Source: Cyanidioschyzon merolae (Eukaryota). From it: a DNA stretch of 64,000 nucleotides. The position numbers and the translations under genes are program-made. This document shows, piece after piece, positions 20,517 through 29,235 of this stretch; position 1 is the stretch's first letter, and each line of letters starts with the position of its first letter. Where the stretch lies: the NCBI GenBank assembly GCA_000091205.1, contig AP006497.2. The stretch is one strand, 5' to 3'. The notes under the pieces were generated by a model that did no database searches, was not told the origin of the DNA, and was given only the letters and a program-made list of their open reading frames with translations.

Positions 20517-21197
20517 CTATGACTGGTCGTCTTCCGGAAAGTTTGTCTGGAGCGTTCTACCAGATTCAGTCGGTACGCGACGGCGACGTAACATGCCCCG
20601 GATGTTCGCCTCGCCAGTGCCCAAACAAACCGGACACACAAGGTTCCCCTTTCCGTCACACTGAGGACAGACCGTGCCTTTATACTGCGCTCGCTTGTCT
20701 TCAGCGAAGCCACCAGCCCGCCAGAAGCCCGTTCCACCACACATGTCACAGACGACACGCCCCTTGCCGCGACAGTTCGGACACGGACCCGTCGGTGGTG
20801 GCTCACGAGCGCGAGCGTCGGACACAGCCCCCAGCAGCCACTGTGTCATAAAAGCGGCTATGCCCACACCAACTTGTTTAATGAACGTTCGTCTCTTGGG
20901 ATCGTTTGGCTCCAGGGAAGCTCGTACCTCTTCCCGGTGTCGCGAGCGAAACACTGCGTTCACTCTGGGGACACTGCATCGGCACACGGGTCGCCGCTCG
21001 ACCCAGTGCCCGAACCAGCCGTCCGGTGCGAAAGCCAAAGGTTCCATGACCCTGTCGAATCTGCGTTCCTGACGAACGCCAAGCAGTCCAAGAGTGGAAC
21101 GCTCGTTCCAGACTCGGTCTCGAAGGGTCACGGGTATAGCGCGCCAGTCAGCAGTCGTTGGCCTTGCAGCGTTCACCATCATCATCATCATCATCAT
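20517..21197 (-). CDS. DnaJ-like CxxCxGxG zinc-finger protein with a twin-arginine motif, a candidate thylakoid-lumen protein of the PSA2/BSD2/LQY1 type.
   Basis: It has four C-x2-C-x-G-x-G units ([32 protein letters not shown]). Upstream is [16 protein letters not shown], which looks like an RRxFLK Tat motif followed by a hydrophobic segment. The ORF-track start at 21218 is GTG. The first ATG is the first of seven consecutive ATG codons (21197-21177). Confidence 0.5.
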   Translation of the reverse strand: MMMMMMMVNAARPTTADWRAIPVTLRDRVWNERSTLGLLGVRQERRFDRVMEPLAFAPDGWFGHWVERRPVCRCSVPRVNAVFRSRHREEVRASLEPNDPKRRTFIKQVGVGIAAFMTQWLLGAVSDARAREPPPTGPCPNCRGKGRVVCDMCGGTGFWRAGGFAEDKRAQYKGTVCPQCDGKGNLVCPVCLGTGEANIRGMLRRRRVPTESGRTLQTNFPEDDQS

Positions 21198-21625
21198 GTC
21201 GATGCCGTGAGATGGCACCGGGCGCTGGGCCGCAGCACATGGTGCTACGTTCCTCCAATGTTCTTGGTTGCGTTCCAGCGGGGGCCAGGGTCGGGGTTAT
21301 TGTTCGCTTTCCATGATCACTTGGATGGTTTTCAGAAAACCAAAGCGTTTACTTGGAACACCGTGCGCAGGCGGGAGGCTTTTTACGGGGGCGGTGGTGC
21401 AGGATCCTCTCCATGAGTCGGGGCTCGCCAACTGCGCGATGCTAGGCGCTATCCGGGAGAGCGTGCATCGTTCGCTACGCTCTCGCCATGCTTCCTGATG
21501 CTATCTGCGCGAGTCCTTGCACAAGCTACTCCATCAAGTGCTGTCTTCAGCACCGGCAGTCGCTGTCACGTCGACGGCAATGCGTAGCGCCAGCATAGGG
21601 GAAAAAAGTACGCTCGAGTAGCGCT

Positions 21626-22996
21626 TTACGTTGTTTCTGATGAGCCGGTTGGTCCCTGCAGGAGAACATCTTCACCGAGGATGCGCAGACCTGGTACGCT
21701 CGGGGTGACTTCCGGTGCACTGCGACCCGGGCGCGTTTGCTGCTGGTCGAGAAACGCGTGCAGGGTGGAGAATCCAGCTCGTTCCTCTTGATACATTTGT
21801 TGCATTCGCTGTTGGAGCGCGTCTAGCTCCTGATCGATGATGCCGCTCTGCTGAACGGAGCTGTACGCGTCTGCAACTGTGGTTTGCGGGGTCTCCCGGC
21901 CGAACGAGTCGCTGGTGGTATTACTAACAGAGGCATTTTCCAATTGAGATGAATCGGGTTGTAAAAGCTCCAGCGGGTCCGTGTCGTGGATGTGCTGGCC
22001 AGAGATCGCACCCACCTGGCGCAGGTCAGGCACTGGCCGGTTCGAGAGATCTCCCTGATCGCTTAGATACGTCAGTGCTTGCGTCCATTCAGGACTGAGG
22101 GCTAAAAAGTCCAAACCAGCAGATGCTAGCTGGCTGTTCATTATCTCCACGGAAGAAAAGAGCCGGAGCATGAACCCTTGTAGGTTGTGGAGCTGTTCCT
22201 CCCGTTCAGATTCTCGCTGCTCACTTTCGACGAGTCGCTGTTCAAGGCGAGCATAAAGACGACGCAGTTCGCTAAGCTCTCGCAATAACAGGCTGTTGTC
22301 GCGGCGAAGACGAGCAGCCTCGTCCTCGAGCGAACCATACTTACCAATCTCGATTGTTCTGTTGCCCCGTCCGAAGATGCGACTCAACCATGGCGGTTTT
22401 CGCTGATTCCCTGAATCCGAAGTGTTGAAGGTTGCCAGATCCTCCTCGCCCAGCAGCTCAGATGCAGCCAACGGGACATTGATGTGCTGCTGAAGGTAGG
22501 CAGCGTTCGCGTCTAGCCGCGGTTTGGAGGCAACCCCTCCGGGCAGCATGCGCACACCCTGCACTGGCTTGAAGGCGCTGCCATGGTTCACCGAGCCCGA
22601 GGAGCCGCTCGTACCAGATGCTCCCAGTACCCTCTTCCGTCGCTCGGGCCGGTTCCGCTTGATCTGACTCAAAAGGTCCGGCCGGTCTCGTCGGAAGAAC
22701 TCGTGCTGGAACTCCCAGCGCTCGTGACTGATCTTGTGAAACCCGTACTGATTCAACTGTCTCACAAAAGACGACATGTTGCTGTGTTTGAAATAGGCAG
22801 GAAGCACTTTTTCGGTGAAGTCTCCGACCCGCCAGATAACGAAAGACTCCCCAGACTCTTCCCAACTGACAGTGTCCGCCGTCTCAGCATCCTGGACGAG
22901 ATCGTACACTTTTTGGATGAACACCGTGGTCTGAGGCTTATCCGTATCCATTTTTGAGTCAAAGCTTGGGTCCTGTGTGATGTCTGCAGCGCCCAT
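21626..22996 (-). CDS. HSF: Heat-shock transcription factor (HSF).
   Basis: The HSF-type DNA-binding domain is FIQKVYDLV...VSWEESGESFVIWRVGDFTEKVLPAYFKHSNMSSFVRQLNQYGFHKISHERWEFQHEFFRRDRPDLL. It is followed by a heptad-repeat coiled coil (..LRRDNSLLLRELSELRRLYARLEQRLVE..). The track start at 23047 is GTG. The first ATG is at 22996. Confidence 0.85.
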   Translation of the reverse strand: MGAADITQDPSFDSKMDTDKPQTTVFIQKVYDLVQDAETADTVSWEESGESFVIWRVGDFTEKVLPAYFKHSNMSSFVRQLNQYGFHKISHERWEFQHEFFRRDRPDLLSQIKRNRPERRKRVLGASGTSGSSGSVNHGSAFKPVQGVRMLPGGVASKPRLDANAAYLQQHINVPLAASELLGEEDLATFNTSDSGNQRKPPWLSRIFGRGNRTIEIGKYGSLEDEAARLRRDNSLLLRELSELRRLYARLEQRLVESEQRESEREEQLHNLQGFMLRLFSSVEIMNSQLASAGLDFLALSPEWTQALTYLSDQGDLSNRPVPDLRQVGAISGQHIHDTDPLELLQPDSSQLENASVSNTTSDSFGRETPQTTVADAYSSVQQSGIIDQELDALQQRMQQMYQEERAGFSTLHAFLDQQQTRPGRSAPEVTPSVPGLRILGEDVLLQGPTGSSETT

Positions 22997-23419
22997 GGCG
23001 AATACCAGCGCCGTGCACTCGGAAAAGCGAGCGCGAATACCAAGCACGCCACAAGGAGCGTTCTCAACAAAAGCGAGAGCCGCCTACCTCGACAACTACT
23101 TTCAGATAGATAGACAGACAGCCAAACACAGACAAACCTCCAAGTCGAGTCTTTCCCCGTACCGATATCGTGGCACCCGAGCAGAAAGCGCACCCTCGGG
23201 TAACTTGTCGTCTTCGTGCAAGCGAAGCAACACACTGTTCGTTCGGGCTGTTGCCCGCTGCATCAGGGAGCGCGTCGATCGATGCGCGATCACCGGCCGC
23301 ACCGGCACGCCAGTCAATCATCGATGAAAAGCTGCGTAACCCGTGCCCGCTGTGGTGGTGGTGGTGGTACCGAGCGACGCACCGCCGCCTCCGCCGCCAC
23401 ACTCTGTAGAATACGTATC

Positions 23420-24000
23420 CACCGAGCCGATCGGCGGACGCTTCGCCGGCTTTTCGGACCGGCAACCAACTACTCCTGCGTGCAACTTCAGGTCGTACTA
23501 TTCGACCTGGAGAGGTTGTCCCAGAAAGTGGGGTCGTGTCAGCTTCGGAGGTCTCGTCTCCTTCAGTGCACGTCTCCTAATATTGATTGCAGCGTTAAAG
23601 TTTCGGTTCACGAATTCCATACGTTTCTTGGCATTGGTTGGTATCACCGACGCAAGTAGACCTCGAACTCGCAACCTCCACGCCATCAGGTGCTCTGGCA
23701 GCGCTCCGTACTTTGCTATATCCTCAGGGCTCCGCTGGCACTTTTCCATCTCGGCACTCTGAAGTGTACACCTCAGCTCGTGGTGTAGATAGGAGTTTCG
23801 GTTCCCATCTATTGGCAACGTGACAAGACGGTGTGCGCACTCCTTGTACGTTCTTGTCGTTGGAGCGGGTGTACACACTTTTTTAGACGCCCGGCGCCCT
23901 GCGACGTATGATGTTACGAGCCTTTGGCTCCTGTCCTCATTGAGGGCGCTCAACTGGTTGAAAAAGTTGGCGAATGCACGCTTTTTTCCCACTGTACAAG
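23420..24000 (-). mobile_element. Degraded TnpB/Fanzor-like nuclease fragment (copy B) covering RuvC-II, the zinc finger and RuvC-III.
   Basis: ORF 23498..23992 reads ...RLVTSYVAGRRASKKVCTPAPTTRTYKECAHRLVTLPIDGNRNSYLHHELRC...KKRMEFVNRNFNAAINIRRRALKETRPP. The antisense ORF 23343..23762 parallels 6667..7095 of copy A. About 600 bp of DNA aligns with copy A. Confidence 0.5.
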
Positions 24001-24545
24001 CTCATACGCAAGCGATTCATCCGGGGCTTTGTATATTCTTTGCACAGCGCTTCCCAATGAGCAACGCGAACTTTTATGAACTCCCGAATGACCTGAAAGT
24101 CCGCTCCATGGCTCGTCACCTCGCTCATAGCTTCCAGATGCTCGTTCACTCCTTCATTTTACGTCTCAATTTTCTTCCTTGCATTCATTATTCCCGATTC
24201 TCGGTAATATCTAGCTTCTGAGAGCTTCAACAGAGGCATGTTTTCCTGGCGCAAGCCGCCGTCAATACCATCTTCCCCACGCTCGGATACCGCAATAGGT
24301 ATAATATTCATGTTCCCGGGGCCCGCGCCAACGACATAGTCCTTACCCTGCACCGCATGCGTCGCAGGATCCGCCTCCTTTTTTTTCATGCCTCGCCGAC
24401 GGCGAAGCATGAAGATGCAATGGGACGATCCACTTTCAAGCGCCGATCGTGTACACACACGGCTGCTCCATCGGCTTCGATCATCTCAGTAAATAACTTT
24501 TGTTTGCTCGTTTTCAGACGTTTGAAATCGAACATATTCACCCAA

Positions 24546-25358
24546 TTACGTCTCCCGGTTTTCGCCCGTAAACTCCTTGCTGCTTAGATCGAACTCCGGA
24601 TAGATCTCCTTCATTTTGCTGTAAAGTACGTAGGGGCCAACTGTCACAAAATGTGACTTGATGTTGCATAGCGGAACGACATTGAAGCGCTTACCCATTC
24701 GGGCAGCGTTCCGTTTCTCTGACTCTTCATTTTTCCCCTCACACGCTGCTCCATCTCCGCCTTGCGTTCGAGTTCTCGATTCAGGAATACGAAATAGTGC
24801 AGGATGAGCGGATAAAAACTTTTTTTCATCTCTGATACCTTTTCTGCTGGATTTGACAAGCCCCAAGACTACACAGTGCTCGTGAACAGCCATACGAATG
24901 ACAGAAGCTTCATTCTTGCCCCTGCGTGATGCCTTCTTGTCGACGAATTCGATCCCCTGTCCATTCTGGCGATCGTTCGTGATGCCACTGATGATGGCCC
25001 GTATCCCCTGGCGGGAGAGGCCCGGGCACAGTGTAAAAATAGCCCGTATGATGAAACGTTCGAGGTTCACGATCATATGGTTCTTCCGGTGCTTGAGGAA
25101 CTTGATTGCCCCGTAGGTGTAAATATCACCATCATCCCTGCATCGAGTACCGTCGAAGCGGAATTCGGCGTAATTCTCGTGGAGGGCGTGCACTCGCTCA
25201 TTTTTCGTCGACGTTTCCCCTGTGCCAACCATCAGGTGGCGAATAAACGTCTTGCTGAAAAATCCCCCCGGGACCTCGACCATTTTGATGCCCATCACGT
25301 CCCGAAACATCTTCTTCATCAAATACATAAGCCCTGACGGAGCCTTCATAATACTCAT
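24546..25358 (-). other. Unassigned 270 aa ORF inside an AT-rich island (about 24000-25800). It lies upstream of, and in the same orientation as, Fanzor-like copy B, and may be the N-terminal or other coding part of the same element.
   Basis: Its base composition differs sharply from the flanking DNA. It is a long ORF co-oriented with copy B. I recognise no motif with confidence. Confidence 0.25.
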
Positions 25359-25974
25359 GGAGTACGACTCGACACGGTTTCTGAGTGCATCTCACAACTT
25401 TCCCTTTTAGGGATCCTTGATATGCCGAAGAAGACGGGCTTTCACAACCATCTCGTCATAGTGCCGTCTCTCTTGCAGCCTCTGACGTCGGACTTCCCCC
25501 TTTTTGCTTTTCGTCCTCTCCTGTTCTTCTGTACTTGACACTGTTTCTTCTTGCAGCCGGCGACATGATGCCTCCATAATCCTCCATTTCCATTTCCATG
25601 ACTTGCACTTTTCATTTTTTTCAAAAAGAACACGCTTTGAAAGCCTCTGCTATAACTCACGAAAAATCACTGGAATACACTTACTTGAGGGTTGGAACAC
25701 AGTTGAGTTCAAAAACTCGACGTTGCTATGACTTCAACGTAAATCCATCCGGTAAGTTAGAGCAACACGCTGATGATCAGGATCGTGTTCCCCTTGAACG
25801 GCGGCGTACGCATGGTGTATCATACCTTCCAGATTTAGAGATGCGCCTATCGACAGCACTATGCGGAGCAAAGAACAAAGACTTACCACTAAATGGCGAC
25901 GATACATCGATGTCTTTCGCTCTCTACGATAAACGTGAAAAGGGGAAAATGTTTCTGACCTGTCGAAAGCGTAC

Positions 25975-26510
25975 CTTAAAGGCGGAAGGTCCCGCGAACC
26001 GCACGAATCTCCCAGGCTTGCGCCTCATGCGCCTCCCAGTGGCGGGTGCTAGAGTGAGATCAAAGCAAATCGTACGAAACGCAGTTTATTCTGGGACCAG
26101 GGGCGGGCGGCTTGCTTCTGGGCGTCGCCCTTGTCGTGGAGGACTCCCCGGAAATCGCTTCTCGTTGCCGCTGATAGGATGTCCGTCTGCGCAGTTTGCT
26201 AGTTCCCGACATGCTAGTGAATTCCGACTCCGTATCAGGTGGAGCATTCCTCGAGCCGGCACCTTTCGTAGTATGGCAAAAACGTCCTGTCTCCGTGATG
26301 CATCGGCATCAGCGGTTGAGGCGCTGTTGCGGATGCAGTAATGCAGGTAATCGGCACACGATAGAACGTACAAACCGACCAGCGTATCCGAAAGGAAGTA
26401 TAGGTCAAGGAACTTGAGGGTGAGGTGCAGCAGCATGATGGACGCTTTTCCAATTACCATTACCCATCGCGCAATAAGGGATCCATGGTCAATGCCAACG
26501 TTTTGTCATC
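25975..26510. repeat. Dispersed repeat, copy B, homologous to 11455-12150 but with a single 75 bp unit.
   Basis: It begins aggcggaaggtcccgcga.... Similarity to copy A continues through ...ggcaaaaacgtcct..tccg.gatg.atcg.catcagcgg... and ...ggaacttg.g...ggtgcagcagcatga...attaccatta.ccatc.... Confidence 0.6.
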
Positions 26511-27841
26511 GAAAAAATCTCCCAACTCAGCTCTGCATCATGCCGCCGCTGGAGCGCGCGCTCGATCCGCCACCACGCGATCGTACCGATGGCAGAAATG
26601 TCAGGCCTGGAACGGTGCTGCTGCTGCTGCTGCGTGATGCATTGGGCGCTGGAACTGCAAGCCGCTCACTTGCTACTGCCGCGCCATCTGGCATTTGGTC
26701 AGCTTACCATCACATCATCTCATACATCCGTAACTGTTTCACGCGCTTCTTGTCTACCAGTTTCGAAGAGCAGTCGTGCCCGTGATTCGCTCATTTCATC
26801 CTGGACGCATCCGTGTGAATCGTGCAGAGTCGACTCCTGCAAGTATGGGGTGCTCACGTCGAGGGCGCGGAGGTGCAGCGAGCGCGCAGTCGCATGTCCA
26901 GCGCCATGGGTTGCCGCCGAGCGACGTGACGTATCGTTCAGTGGCAATCAACATCATTGAACAAGTTGGCGACTGCACGCCTCTTGCCTCCATGTAACTG
27001 TTGCCGTCGGTGTCGCTAGCGCGATATTATGTACTCCTGCCAGATAACGTTCGCATGAGCGACGTTGGCGCTCACGCACTCTGGGAATGAAGTGCGTAAC
27101 GCTCGCTACACTGCTCCGTGCTGTGGTCAGCGCTTCGGAATGGGCCCCCAAACCGCCATTCCACTTATTGGCATGCCCGTTGGCGTCCATCACGCTGACT
27201 CCCCGATCGTACCATTTCGTGGAAAACTCGAACGGATTCATGCGCTTCCTGTTCAGCCATTTGACTTGTTTGTCTTGATCTAGAGGGACGTCGATGGCCG
27301 CAAAACCCTTCGACGGGGGTTGCGTGCGCTTTTCCTCGCCCATACGCGTCGCTTCATCGCCGTTCGCATGAACGGCACGGAAACAACACATCATGTGATT
27401 TGTTGCATAGTTTTTCGTTGAGAACGTATGTATTCGGATGGTGTGATGAGAAAGTAGCCCTTCAAACACCGTTTGAAAGCTCTATCTTTGCCGCAAAACC
27501 TTGCGGATATGGACGACGAGATGCATGGTCCATGCGCCTGCTGACCACAGCATCCAGGATATGTCTAATTAAGATCTAGCTTGTCGCAATCGAACAAGGA
27601 CATGTCGACATCTCATCGCGACTACGCTCCACGTATCTGAGCCGTCCTGTGCTCTTACGTATCTGCGAGAAAAACAAACAAAACCTAAAAGGGCTTGCCA
27701 GATCAGGTGTTCCTGAATTCACTGCTCTAATTATAACTATACTTGTTCTGGGAACGCCAGCTCCCAGTTGCCTGCGAAGCGAGCCTTCAGCTTCCGCGCT
27801 CGTCGACGCCACTCGGACTGCGCAGCTGCTCCAGTGGTCGT

Positions 27842-28510
27842 ATGCAACACGCCCTGAGCAAAGCCGGAAGACTTTTCCTCGCAGGTGCTGCGGGCGCTTT
27901 CGTACTGAGAAACCCAGTCCGCGCAGATTTGGTTGCCACTGTCGGGGAAATCTTGCCTGGCACCGAAAGCGTTCTCCGTGGTCACTTAAAGGAGCTTCAG
28001 AAAACCGAAGAGGGTCGCTCTATTTTAAAAGAGAGGCCACAGATCACCGCGGAGACTCTGGCAGCGGTTGCTCTGCTCCCGCCTGAGACCCTTGGAGGTG
28101 CGTACTATGCGTTCTTAAAAAAGCACAGTTTCAACTCAAGTGAGCGAGCAGAGGCTTCTTTCATCTCCGATCCCGATCTAGCTTACATAGTCCAGCGTTA
28201 CAGGGATATCCATGACATTTTCCACGTGGTAACGAACCTCACGCCCACGTTGACCGGAGAGGTGGCTCTAAAGTACTTTGAAGCGCTGCAAATGGGCTTG
28301 CCAATGGCCGTACTTGGAGCAACGTTCGGGACATTCCGTCTTACCGCGAGGCAGCGGGCGGCCCTGTTCCGGGACTATGTGCCTTGGGTCGAACGGAATG
28401 CTCGCTCATGTGAAAATCTCCTGGGAGTGTACTTCGAGCGGTACTGGCAAATGTCACTCACAGAGCTGAGGAAGAAACTCAGGCTCGAGCCTTTTCGGAA
28501 AGAGTTCTGA
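27842..28510 (+). CDS. COQ4: Ubiquinone biosynthesis protein COQ4.
   Basis: The C-terminal core IVQRYRDIHDIFHVVTNLTPTLTGEVALKYFEALQMGLPMAVLGATFG..RL......LFRDYVPWVERNARSCENLLGVYFERYW...L..LRKKL matches COQ4 (YV.QRYREVHD..H.L.G.PTN.LGEI..KWFE..QTGLPMC.L.A.FGP.RL). The track start at 27743 is TTG. The first ATG is at 27842. Confidence 0.85.
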   Translation: MQHALSKAGRLFLAGAAGAFVLRNPVRADLVATVGEILPGTESVLRGHLKELQKTEEGRSILKERPQITAETLAAVALLPPETLGGAYYAFLKKHSFNSSERAEASFISDPDLAYIVQRYRDIHDIFHVVTNLTPTLTGEVALKYFEALQMGLPMAVLGATFGTFRLTARQRAALFRDYVPWVERNARSCENLLGVYFERYWQMSLTELRKKLRLEPFRKEF

Positions 28511-29235
28511 TGGCTCGATTGCGTGATCCGGAGCGAAAAATACGGCTGGGCGAAACGCTCGAGGTATACAAGGCATTCCGGTATCTATGCTCAGTAATTT
28601 CGAATCATGCTTTACCATTGGTTTGCAGTAATTGCGCATGGAAATCGTTCTGGGATATAGATATAGACGACGCTCCGGCCTTTGTGGGATCGTCAAATGT
28701 ACCGTACCAGCAGCTTGCTCCAGGCCGGAATCAAAGGCGCTCTCACCTGGCCACCAGGTTCTCTCCATCGCAAGTCTTCAGCGTTTCAGCACAGCGCCCG
28801 CTCTGAGCAGTAAACGATTCACGCGAAACTTCGCTCGAAAAAAAATCGCCGGACGCTCCGGAAGCCCGACATTTTTCCGGACGTGGATCAAGGCGTTCAA
28901 GTTCCGATGGGGACCGTGTGCGGGCGCGCACGCTTGCTCGTGGAATCACTGCGTAGCAAGATGCTCTCCTTGGATTGTATCACCTGCCGACATTCGGTCA
29001 GCTTTCAGTATATCATCTCGTGCATTTGGCTCTGTTTCACGCGCTTCTTCGGCACCAGTACAGCGCGCTCCGGTACACGGGATGCATCATTGTAGTCCTG
29101 AACGCATCTATAGCAATCGCTCAGAGCCAATTGCTGCTTGCGTTGTGCGCCCTTGTCTCTATGTACGGCAGCGAGGACTCGTTTACCATGTACGGCGTTG
29201 GTGTAGCACGAGCGTACGCAGACGAGACACCGTAT

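Noticed and set aside
24546-25358. Attempt to read the 270 aa ORF as the RuvC-I-containing N-terminal half of the Fanzor-like protein (VVLGLVKSS as a degenerate GIDxG).
   Set aside because: There is no convincing motif match. It is retained only as an unassigned ORF associated with the AT-rich island.
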